Origin: an uncultured Solirubrobacterales bacterium | GTDB lineage: Bacteria; Actinomycetota; Thermoleophilia; Solirubrobacterales; JBBDJG01 | NCBI GenBank assembly: GCA_963780475.1 | Contig: CAWACB010000008.1 | Coordinates: 707,030 to 771,029 of the forward strand | DNA: 64,000 nucleotides | Reading direction: 5' to 3' | In this document: positions 1-8,106 of the stretch, one piece after another | Position numbering within the stretch: position 1 is the stretch's first letter | Layout: each line of letters starts with the position of its first letter | The notes under the pieces: model-generated | The model's input: the letters and a program-made list of their open reading frames with translations, nothing else | What the model was told of the DNA's origin: nothing | Database searches by the model: none | Translations under genes and position numbers: made by a program

Positions 1-241
1 CAAGGACGCCAGCGGGATCCTGCGCTACCGCGTGTTCATCGACGGCCGCCAGGCGAAGACCGTCAAGGACAAGGACGGACCCGGCGGCAAGGACCCCAAG
101 CCGGACGCCCGCCTGCGGCTCGGCAACGGACGCCACCGCTGGTTCGTGCGGGCCTACGACTACGCCGGCAACCACCGCACGAGCAAGTCGTTCAAGCGCT
201 CCTCGAACGGTCGCAGCGGCGTGCTCTACGTCGGCGACTGA
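1..241 (+). CDS. C-terminal fragment of a secreted/surface protein (5' end outside window)
   Basis: The frame is open from the window edge (KDASGILRYRVFIDGRQAKTV...YDYAGNHRTSKSF...LYVGD) to TGA 239-241. No family recognised. Confidence 0.4.
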   Translation, partial: KDASGILRYRVFIDGRQAKTVKDKDGPGGKDPKPDARLRLGNGRHRWFVRAYDYAGNHRTSKSFKRSSNGRSGVLYVGD

Positions 242-256
242 CCGCCCCGGATTTAG

Positions 257-1453
257 TTACACGGGCGGCCGCGCCGCGTACAGCCGCGTCGGCTCGGCGA
301 TGCCCTTCAGCTGAACCTCCCCGATCGGCTCGAAGCTGAGCAACGGGCCGGCCGCCTCGCGGACCGTGTCGGTGACGAGCACCTCTCCGGCGTGGGCGCG
401 CGCGACGACGCGCGCCGCGAGGTTGACGTTGCGCCCGTAGTAGTCGCCGTCCCGGTACACCGTGCGGCCGAAGTGGATCCCGATCCGGGGACGCGAGCGC
501 TCCTCGAACTCACGCTGGAAGTCGATCGCCCAGTCCGTCAGCACCACCGGGTCCGGGCCGACGATCATCACCCCGTCGCCGATGTTCTTCACCACCCGCG
601 CTCCGCCGGGTAGCGAGTCCTCGACCGACACGATGAAGCTCTCCAGCAGGTCGAGCGCCTCGTGCTCGCCCTCCTCCTCGGTGAACCGCACGAAGCCCAC
701 CAGGTCGGCGAAGACGATCGCCATCCGCAGCACGCCCAACGGTTCCTCGCCGACCCCCTCGAGGTGCGACTCCATGTTCGCGACCACGTCCTGCTCGACC
801 GCCTCGGTGAGGAAGTTCCGGTGCAGGTAGAGCAGCAGCGGCGCGGTCAGCGGCAGAAGGTCGCCGATCAGCTCGGACATCTCCTGAGCCTGCTCCGGAC
901 CGGGCACCCCGTCGCGGATCAGCGGCTCGTGGACATAGATCCGGAACAGGCGCGCCTCGGCGTCCGCCGCCTGGCGCATCGACTGCCCGTAGACGTGGAT
1001 CGCCTGGAGGAACGCGACGAGCGGAAAGCCTGCGGCCAGCACGGCTGCCATGAAGTCGAGCGCCTCCAGGTCCGCGTCGTCCAGGTTCTCGAGGCGCCAG
1101 GCCGGGAAGCCCAGCCCGCGCCAGATGCGCTCGATCAGCGCCGGCTCGAGGCCGGTTCGATCGGCCGCATCCTCCAGCGAGAACGTGCGGCCCCGGCGAC
1201 TCGGGAACAGCTCCGCGACGTAGCCGAATGCGAGCCGGCCGTCCTCGCCTGCCCGGCGGATGTCGTCGAGCGTGTACCCGTCGCCGCGTAGGCGCGCCAC
1301 GATGCGGGCGTGGGCGGCCGCGGCATGCGTCCAGCGGCCGCGGTAGTCGGGGATCACCCCGGCCTCGCCCCATCTGCGCAGGGTGGCGGGCGTGACCCCC
1401 GCCTCGCGTGCAGCCTGGGCGAGGCTCAGCTCTGGTTCGCGGGCCGGAGGCAC
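257..1453 (-). CDS. MerR-type HTH fused to a class III adenylate/guanylate cyclase domain
   Basis: ORF 257..1777 trimmed to GTG 1453, because the upstream part is Arg-rich and overlaps the next gene. N-terminal MerR HTH (LSLAQAAREAGVTPATLRRWGEAGVIP). C-terminal cyclase core (MAIVFADLVGFVRFTEE, VKNIGDGVMIVG, IGIHFGRTVYRDGDYYGRNVNLAARV). Confidence 0.8.
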   Translation of the reverse strand: MPPAREPELSLAQAAREAGVTPATLRRWGEAGVIPDYRGRWTHAAAAHARIVARLRGDGYTLDDIRRAGEDGRLAFGYVAELFPSRRGRTFSLEDAADRTGLEPALIERIWRGLGFPAWRLENLDDADLEALDFMAAVLAAGFPLVAFLQAIHVYGQSMRQAADAEARLFRIYVHEPLIRDGVPGPEQAQEMSELIGDLLPLTAPLLLYLHRNFLTEAVEQDVVANMESHLEGVGEEPLGVLRMAIVFADLVGFVRFTEEEGEHEALDLLESFIVSVEDSLPGGARVVKNIGDGVMIVGPDPVVLTDWAIDFQREFEERSRPRIGIHFGRTVYRDGDYYGRNVNLAARVVARAHAGEVLVTDTVREAAGPLLSFEPIGEVQLKGIAEPTRLYAARPPV

Positions 1454-1502
1454 TGCGCGATTATGCCGAGCAAGCCGCAGCCGGCGGGTGGCCGGCGGTG
1501 GG

Positions 1503-1790
1503 CTAGGAGAGCCTGGCGATGACCTGCACTTCGTTGAGCGGCGTGTCGGGCTCGTCGAGATGCAGGAAGGCGCGCGCCGGGTGGATCGTGCGGCAATAGG
1601 GGCAGCGCAGGCGCGATGTGAGCGAGATCGAGCCGTTCGCCACCACCGGGACGTCGCACGTGGGGCAGGCGAGCGTGCCGCGCCCGAGCACCGGCTGCAC
1701 CGGCCGGGAGCGCTTGTACGGCACATACGGCTCGCGCGAGTCGAAGCGGTCCGGCCGGTCCCAGTCCATCGGGTCACGGAGCAGGCTCAT
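1503..1790 (-). CDS. small zinc-ribbon protein
   Basis: 95-aa ORF with two CxxC pairs (CPTC...CPYC). It is tightly packed between same-strand neighbours. No family recognised. Confidence 0.5.
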   Translation of the reverse strand: MSLLRDPMDWDRPDRFDSREPYVPYKRSRPVQPVLGRGTLACPTCDVPVVANGSISLTSRLRCPYCRTIHPARAFLHLDEPDTPLNEVQVIARLS

Positions 1791-1799
1791 GCGGTGAGT

Positions 1800-2471
1800 C
1801 TAGAAGGCCTCTCCTCCGCGCCGGGGAGGGCCCCGGTGGCGCCGGCGGCGGACCACCTCGACCAGCACGATTCCTCCGACGACCAGCAGCGCAAGCCCGA
1901 CGAGCGCGCCCCGGGGAAGGCCGGAGTCATCCGAGGGCACCCAGTAGAGGTCACCGGCGATGTTGGCGCGCTGCGCGCCCACCACCACCGGCACTTTCCA
2001 ATCGAAGACCTTCGTCCGCTGGTCCTCGTCCTTGACCTGCTTGGGCGTCGTTTTCGACATGAAGTGGATCCGGTGGTCGTGCCACTCGAACCTGCCGGTC
2101 TTCGATACCTGCTCCCACCGGGGCCTGGCGCTCGCCTTCGCCTCGGGTGGGATCTGCACGTCCGCGAAGCGCTCCTCGTTCAGGTAGAACGACGGCGAGC
2201 GCTTGTTGACCTCCACGGTCCCGTCGGCCTCCAGCCGGACGTAGGGCTCGCCGTCGTAACCGCGTATCGCGATGTCCTTGCCGGTCCGGTTGACGAGCTC
2301 GAGCCGGTCGTCGTAGTTCAGGACACGCACCTCGAGCCCCGGGATCGGGGGTGCGATGTCGCGCACCGTGGACCGGTAGTTCGGGCTGCCGCCGTGCGCC
2401 GCGGCTGTGGCGGGCAGGAAGCATGCGAGCGCCGCGAAGATCGCGAGCGCCCAACTGGCGATTCGCTTCAT
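1800..2471 (-). CDS. secreted, C-terminally membrane-anchored protein of the copper cluster
   Basis: ORF 1800..2501 trimmed to MKRIASW. Signal peptide ending AAA|HGG (predicted mature N-terminal His), a roughly 190-aa domain, then a TM helix with an RRRRH tail. Lies directly downstream of ycnI. Confidence 0.65.
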   Translation of the reverse strand: MKRIASWALAIFAALACFLPATAAAHGGSPNYRSTVRDIAPPIPGLEVRVLNYDDRLELVNRTGKDIAIRGYDGEPYVRLEADGTVEVNKRSPSFYLNEERFADVQIPPEAKASARPRWEQVSKTGRFEWHDHRIHFMSKTTPKQVKDEDQRTKVFDWKVPVVVGAQRANIAGDLYWVPSDDSGLPRGALVGLALLVVGGIVLVEVVRRRRHRGPPRRGGEAF

Positions 2472-2481
2472 TGGCGAACGC

Positions 2482-3165
2482 TCAGCCGGTAGAGGGTCCA
2501 CGACGGCGCAGGAGTACCACGGCCAGGCTCACAAGCGCCACCGCGAGTGCCGCGATTGCGAGCCAGCGCGCCGTGTCGTCGGAGGATCCCCCGGACTCGT
2601 CATCGCCGCTGTCGGACTGCGCGGTGTCCTCGGCCGCCGTGCCGGCAGATCCGCCCGCCTCGTCTCCCTCGCCGCCCGCGTTCTGCTTCGGATAGCGCTT
2701 GCTGACCGTGGTTATGGCGGCAGGGCTCTCCGACCCCGCGGGGCCGATCCAGCGTGCCTTCTCCCCGTCGTCGTAGGTCTGGATCGCCTTCCACGCGATC
2801 GGGCCCTCGCTTGGCGGGGTCGACGCGAGGAAAGAGAACCGGGCGAAGCCGTCCGGCCGCAGGCGACCGCGCCAGATGACCGTCTCGGTGGACCCGTCCT
2901 TCTTCTTGGTCAGGGTGCGCGTCCAGCCGGCCGTGTCCTCGTAGGAGAACGGGATCACCCCAGGCGGAACCTGCACCTCGACCTTGGTGGTCGCCTGGTC
3001 GCGCTCGTTGGGCACCAGCACGTCGAACAGCACGGCATCGTCGGGCGCCGCGGTCGCCGGCAGCACCTCGACGTGCGCCGAGGCCGGCGGCGCGAGTGCC
3101 AGCAAGCCCAGCAATGCGAACAGGAGCGTGAGCCGGGATCCGGCCCTTCCAAGACGGTCGCTCAT
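2482..3165 (-). CDS. ycnI: YcnI/DUF1775-family copper-binding protein
   Basis: Signal peptide ...PPASA|HVEV (mature N-terminal His), a DUF1775-like domain, an acidic Gly/Ser/Asp linker and a C-terminal TM anchor. Start codon lies 3 nt after the copC stop. Confidence 0.8.
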   Translation of the reverse strand: MSDRLGRAGSRLTLLFALLGLLALAPPASAHVEVLPATAAPDDAVLFDVLVPNERDQATTKVEVQVPPGVIPFSYEDTAGWTRTLTKKKDGSTETVIWRGRLRPDGFARFSFLASTPPSEGPIAWKAIQTYDDGEKARWIGPAGSESPAAITTVSKRYPKQNAGGEGDEAGGSAGTAAEDTAQSDSGDDESGGSSDDTARWLAIAALAVALVSLAVVLLRRRGPSTG

Positions 3166-3168
3166 GCC

Positions 3169-3538
3169 CTACCGCCGCAGCCGGAAGCTGAACGAGCCCT
3201 TCTGGGTGTGCCCGTCCACCGCCTTGATCGTCCAGCGGGCCTTGTACTTGCCGGCCTTCAGGCCGCCCTTGAGCGACACGACCAGGCGCTTGACGTTGCG
3301 CGGGTCACGCCCGCCCTTGCCGGCCGAGACGACCTTTCCGCCGGGCCCGGTGACGCGAATCGAGCCGCTGCGGATCTGCTGGTTGAAGGTGACCTTGACC
3401 GAGCGGATCGAGGTCTTGGCCTTGCCGCCACGCTTGGGGCTCGTCGACGACACCTCCGTGTGGGCCAGGGCGGTGGTGGCCGGGATCGCCATCAGCGCCA
3501 GCGCGACGGCCAGCCAGGGGATGAAACGGATTTCGCAT
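3169..3538 (-). CDS. copC: CopC-domain copper-binding protein (start needs a 1-nt correction or a non-canonical start)
   Basis: The last 120 aa of ORF 3169..3951 give a signal peptide WLAVALALMAIPATTALA|HTEV and CopC-like sequence (KVTFNQQI, IRVTGPGGKVV, KYKARWTIKAVDGHTQKGSFSF). There is no in-frame ATG/GTG/TTG. ATG 3538-3536 follows a GAGAGAGAAGAGAG SD but is 1 nt out of frame. One extra A in the A3 run (3531-3533) would give MRKIRFIPWLAV... Confidence 0.7.
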
Positions 3539-3566
3539 CTCTCTTCTCTCTCTGCATGTCGGGGGC

Positions 3567-3596
3567 GAAGCGCCGGGCCGTGAGGCCCGGCGCTTC
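3567..3596 (-). terminator. GC-rich hairpin between the upstream secreted-protein gene and copC
   Basis: Perfect 13-bp stem GAAGCGCCGGGCC / GGCCCGGCGCTTC with a 4-nt loop. No U tract follows, so it could be a terminator, an attenuator or an mRNA-stability element. Confidence 0.45.
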
Positions 3597-3611
3597 CCGC
3601 TTGCGGATTGA

Positions 3612-4618
3612 CTAGATCTTGCCCGAGGCGCGTAGCCGAGGCGTTCGTCAGGACGGCGCTGAAGCTCACCTTCGAGCCCTTCGCCTTCTTGAGCGCCTTC
3701 TTGGCCTTGCTGCCGAGCTTGATCTTCAGCTGCGCCTTGCCGCTGGCGTCGAGCTTGCCGCTCGCCTTGCCGAGCGCCCCTGCCGTCAGGCCGGTCTTCT
3801 TGTCCGACTTCTTGCAGGTCGCCGTGACGGTGACGCTCTCGCCGGCGGGTCCGGTCACCTCGACCGTCGCGCCGCCCGAGGAGATCTTGCCGACCAGCTT
3901 GACCTTGAGGGTGGTCTGCATCTGCGCGATCGTCGCCGCCTGCGCGCTCACCGTCGCCTGAGTGGTAGTCAGGCTCGTCGTAAGCGACCCGATCTGGGTG
4001 TTGAGCGGGACGGTGAGCAGGTTTGCGTAGCCGCTGTTGAGCGCCGCCGTGCTGTTCTGAGTCTCGTCGGCAAGGCGTGTAGGTCCCGCCGAGGCCGACG
4101 CACTTGGCCATCAGGTCGCCCTCGGTGAGGTCGACTCCGGTAAGGGTCTGGACGACTGGAATCCAGTGAGCCGGATCGTCCTCGAGCCCGGCCGAGGTGG
4201 CCTGGAACGGCACGTAGTTGTAGAACGGGTCCGCTTCCTGCCAACTCGCGATCGCATCCGCGGTCTCGAGCGCCGCTACTCCGCGGCAGGTGGCGTGCGG
4301 CTGAGCAGCCGTGTCACCCTCCGCCAGCGACTGGGATTCGCGGGATGGTGGCCCGGTAGTCCCCTGGCAGCCGCGAGTAGTCGACCATGCCCTTGTCGTT
4401 CGCTCCGTTCGTCTCGCGCAGGACCATCGTGTAGCCGTGGTTGGTGACCACGTGACGAGTCTGGTTCTGCAACGTTCCGAACACGCCGGGCGTCGGATCG
4501 GCTGTCGATTCGCGGCGACGTCGGTGTAGACCGACCCGTGCCCGTGCGCCGAAGCCGGAACTGCGAGTGCCGCGACCGCCATTGCGGCGGCAAGCACGCC
4601 TTTGCGATTGAACCTCAT
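3612..4618 (-). pseudogene. secreted protein with predicted mature N-terminal His; frame interrupted at least 3 times
   Basis: Signal peptide MRFNRKGVLAAAMAVAALAVPASA|HGHGS. Clean sequence continues in other frames (VFGTLQNQTRHVVTNHGYTMVLRETNGANDKGMVDYS; ADAIASWQEADPFYNYVPFQATSAGLEDDPAHWIPVVQTL; TLKVKLVGKISSGGATVEVTGPAGESVTVTATCKK). ATGA overlap with the upstream gene at 4615-4618. TAG 3612-3614 is reached only if CCC 3622-3624 is read as CC. Confidence 0.55.
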
Positions 4619-5742
4619 CTGACGACTCCTTTATTGGAGGTGGACCGCTCCGCGCGGCCACCGGAAGGAATGAACACGGCCTGGTAGCGGCCGCGAGGAG
4701 GGTTCTCGAGACGGAACTTGAACCGGCCCTTCCGCGCGACGGTCTTCGCCGTCGAACGGATCTCGCCGGCTCGCAGCAACAGAACGCGGCCACGGACAGC
4801 CGGGCTGGTCGTCCCCCGGATGATCGCCCCGCCGGCCTTCAGATTCTTGATCTTGATGCGGGTCCTGGAGACCATCGTCACCGTCAGCGTCTGAGAGCGG
4901 ATCCCGCCGGCAGCTGCTCGGATGCGGGTCGTCTGCTTGAGACGAATCCGCGCCGAGTAGCTCCCGTTGGCGCTGGTCTTCACCCGCCGGGTGCTTTTGC
5001 CGCCACCGGTTGCAGTGAGATCGACCGTGACGCCGGCCCGAGCCGGCACCACGCTGCCGCGCACCCTGACGCGGCCAGTCCCGACGCGTTTTGACGGCGC
5101 CTTCAGACGCACCGCCGCCACGGCGTTACCGCCGCCGCCGCTGCCGCACGCCCCGACAACGAAGTCTGCTCCGTACTCGGTCCCCGCGGGGGTGACCCCG
5201 CCGGGCGCGCGGTCCACCCAGTGCGGCGCCGTGGTGACGCCGTCGTAGGTGAGCACGAAGGAGTTCCGGAGAACGCCTCCGGGCACCGCTCCAGTGCCGG
5301 CCGGCACGTCGATCGTGACCGTGCCCCCCGCGCCTGCCACGACTTCGCCGGCAGTCGATCCCGCGGAAACGAAGTTCGCGCCCTCGGTCCAGGTGCCGTA
5401 GTCGTACGCGACCGGTGCGTTGCGAAATGCCTGGGCGCGGACGTACCTGATCTGCCCACCCGTTTCAAACAGGAACGCGAAACCGGCCGCGACAGAGTCG
5501 TCGTGCGCCGGCTCCCATACCGCTTGCCGGATCTGTATGACCGCCTGCAGTCGGCCAGCCGCCTCCGAGTACCACGCCGACGTCACATCGGTGTTGATGT
5601 GATGGCCGTCGCCCGTGGCATCGGTGATCTGCGGTTGTCCGCCGCATGGGGCGGGTGGTGCGGCACCGGCGGATCCTGCGGTGACCAACATCGTCACCAG
5701 CACGACCGCGAATGCGGTTGCTGCGAGCCGTCTCCGGCCCAT
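4615..5742 (-). CDS. secreted hypothetical protein
   Basis: ORF 4615..5781 trimmed to MGRRRLAATAFAVVLVTMLVTAGSAGA (signal peptide). Non-repetitive 370-aa sequence with a C-terminal beta-rich basic region. No family recognised. Confidence 0.6.
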   Translation of the reverse strand: MGRRRLAATAFAVVLVTMLVTAGSAGAAPPAPCGGQPQITDATGDGHHINTDVTSAWYSEAAGRLQAVIQIRQAVWEPAHDDSVAAGFAFLFETGGQIRYVRAQAFRNAPVAYDYGTWTEGANFVSAGSTAGEVVAGAGGTVTIDVPAGTGAVPGGVLRNSFVLTYDGVTTAPHWVDRAPGGVTPAGTEYGADFVVGACGSGGGGNAVAAVRLKAPSKRVGTGRVRVRGSVVPARAGVTVDLTATGGGKSTRRVKTSANGSYSARIRLKQTTRIRAAAGGIRSQTLTVTMVSRTRIKIKNLKAGGAIIRGTTSPAVRGRVLLLRAGEIRSTAKTVARKGRFKFRLENPPRGRYQAVFIPSGGRAERSTSNKGVVR

Positions 5743-5817
5743 CTCGAAACCTCCTCGATTACCAAGTGGCCGCCGTCCCAAGGGGGACGTCAGCCGAACT
5801 TCAAGCTGGAAATCGAG

Positions 5818-6427
5818 CTAAGCCGGAGGCGCGCGGCCCGCCAGGTTCCACGCGAGCACGTCGAGGCGCCGTCCGGGAGGCGTTGCCAGGACGGTCCAGG
5901 ACCTGTACGGCGCCGATGTGGGGCGCCGTGGTGCCGCGGACGTGGCGGCGACGAACTCTATGGTCCGTCTTGCGAGCGAAGAGACAAAGGCGATCAGCGC
6001 GCCGACTGCCAGTGAGAGGAAGACGGCAGTCCAGCCGCCGTTGCCGAATACGCCGATCAGCCCACTCGCGTGACCGGGCGCAAACGCTCCCTCGAAGCCC
6101 TCCTGAAGGGTGTAGATCGCGAGCAGTGCGGCACTGGCGCCAAGCCACGAACGCGAGAATGAAGGTGCGCGGTCCTGCGGTCCTATGCCGCGGAACGCGC
6201 GCGCCAGCGAGAAGCCGAAGCGCACCAGCGCGATGCCGAGCAGCACGACGACCAGCGCCTCGAGTACCGGCAGGTACGAGTGGCCCTGCTCTGCGAGTGC
6301 CGCGCCCGCACCGTCGCCATAGGTGAGGACGTAGCGCAGCTCGTGGACTATGACCGCGCCTGCGCCAAGCAGCGCCACGGCACGTACCCTTCCCCAGGCT
6401 CCTCCCATGCGGGCCATAGTAGCCGGA
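5818..6427 (-). CDS. integral membrane protein (about 4 TM helices)
   Basis: C-terminal 203 aa of ORF 5818..7368, starting at MARMGGAWGRVRAVALLGAGAVIV. Several hydrophobic helices. The upstream part of the ORF overlaps the FAD oxidase out of frame. Confidence 0.55.
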
Positions 6428-6461
6428 AAATGCGAGCCTTGGCGCGCCTTTGCGGTGCGGC

Positions 6462-7946
6462 TCAGGGGTCGATCAGGACGCCCGGATTCATGATCCCGGC
6501 CGGATCGACGGCCGCCTTCGCGCCGGCCAGCGCTTGCGCGAAGCGATCGGGCCGCTGCCGGTCGTACCAGGGCCGGTGGTCGCGGCCAACCGCATGGTGG
6601 TGCGTGATCGTCCCGCCGGCGGCGATCAGGGCCTCCGATGCCGCCGCCTTGATCTCGTCCCACTGCGCGACCTCGGATCCGCGCTTCGCCGGCGCGACGA
6701 TCGTGAAATAAGGCGCCGGGCCGTCGGGATAGACGTGCGTGAATCGGCAGGACACGCGCGCCCCTTCGCCGCAGATCTCGCGTGCCGCGCCTTCGGCGGC
6801 CTCCATGACCGCAGCGTGGAATGCCGGGAAGCGGTCCCAGGTGATCGCCGTCTCGAAGGTGTCGCTCAGGATCCCCATGCGGACGAACAGGTCGCGGATG
6901 TACGGCGCGCGCAGGAAGGCCTGGCGCCACGCGCCGACCGGGTCGGTGCCGCCTCCCTCTTTGGCCGAGCCGCCCTCGCCCTTGTCCGCACGCGAGCGCA
7001 CCGTCCCGCCGTGGTCGCCCGCCAGCTCCAGCGCGCGGTCCATCGGGTGCGAGACCGGGTGGTCGGCCGACTCGAATCCGAGTATCAGCAGCGCCTCCGG
7101 GTGCTCCGAAGCGCTCGTCAGCTCGACCTCCTTGGCATCGAGCAGCCGGCAGTTGGACGGGTGCAGGCCGCTCTGCGACAGCGCCCGGACCGCCTCCGCG
7201 GCGGCCAGGAAGTCGTCGTATCCGACGCTCGCCGAGGAGCGGAACACCGGTCGCTCCTGCACACGCACCCACGCCTCGGTGATCACTCCGAGGATGCCCT
7301 CCGATCCGAGCAGCATCCGGTCCGGGCTCACCCCGGCGCCCGACCCCGGCAGCCGCCGGCTCTCCCACTCGCCGGCGGGCGTGATGGCCCGCACCGACTC
7401 GACCAGGTCATCGATGTGCGTATAGAGAGTCGCGAAGTGGCCGCCGGCGCGAGTGGCGATCCAGCCGCCGAGGGTCGCGAGCTCGAACGACTGCGGGAAG
7501 TGGCGCAGCGTGAGCCCCTGCTCGCGCAGCTGATCCTCGAGCACCGGTCCCGTCGCGCCGCCCTGGATCCGGGCCGCGCGCGAGCGGCGATCTACTTCGA
7601 GCACTCGGTCGAGCGCCGACAGGTCGAGCGTCACCGCGCCCGTGTAGCCGGAGCCGATCGCCGCCTCGACGCCGCCGACGACGCTCGTCCCGCCGCCGTA
7701 GGGGATCACCGCCGCGCCGCGCTCGCCACACCATTCGATCACCGCGGCGACGTCGCGCTCGTCGCGGGCGAAAGCGACCAGGTCGGGCGCGTGGTCGTAG
7801 CGGCCGCGGAAGGCGCGGACGACGTCGCGGTAGGCCTTGCCGTAGGCGTGCGATGCACGATCGTGCGGCTGGTCGGAGAACAGCTCGGCGAGCGCGGCCG
7901 GCGCCCGCAGGCGCGGAGCCGGAAGCTCCAGGTGCGCGACGTCCAC
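6462..7946 (-). CDS. FAD-linked oxidase, alkyl-dihydroxyacetone-phosphate synthase (AGPS)-like
   Basis: Intact 494-aa ORF. PCMH-type FAD-binding domain (AAVIPYGGGTSVVGG) and a C-terminal FAD-oxidase domain carrying GGTITHHHAVGRDH. This is the tri-His motif typical of AGPS, not the GEHGIG motif of GlcD/D-lactate dehydrogenases. Confidence 0.8.
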   Translation of the reverse strand: MDVAHLELPAPRLRAPAALAELFSDQPHDRASHAYGKAYRDVVRAFRGRYDHAPDLVAFARDERDVAAVIEWCGERGAAVIPYGGGTSVVGGVEAAIGSGYTGAVTLDLSALDRVLEVDRRSRAARIQGGATGPVLEDQLREQGLTLRHFPQSFELATLGGWIATRAGGHFATLYTHIDDLVESVRAITPAGEWESRRLPGSGAGVSPDRMLLGSEGILGVITEAWVRVQERPVFRSSASVGYDDFLAAAEAVRALSQSGLHPSNCRLLDAKEVELTSASEHPEALLILGFESADHPVSHPMDRALELAGDHGGTVRSRADKGEGGSAKEGGGTDPVGAWRQAFLRAPYIRDLFVRMGILSDTFETAITWDRFPAFHAAVMEAAEGAAREICGEGARVSCRFTHVYPDGPAPYFTIVAPAKRGSEVAQWDEIKAAASEALIAAGGTITHHHAVGRDHRPWYDRQRPDRFAQALAGAKAAVDPAGIMNPGVLIDP

Positions 7947-8106
7947 CGGGTCCTCGACGTCCGGCGCCCCGAAGCCGAGGTGTGCCCGGATGCCGGCCGC
8001 GGCCTGTTCGGCATCGCGCGCCGAGAGCTGCTGGTCCTCGTAACCCCAGCCCCAGACGCTGCGCCGCCGCGTCGCGGCCGACGTTTCTACCGCCGTGTCG
8101 AGCTCC

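Noticed and set aside
3169-3951. 260-aa ORF apparently fusing a Lys-rich C-terminal domain to CopC
   Set aside because: The joining segment contains a 13-bp terminator-like hairpin and a purine-rich SD. A one-base change in the CCC run 3622-3624 gives the upstream gene its stop. I treat these as two genes.
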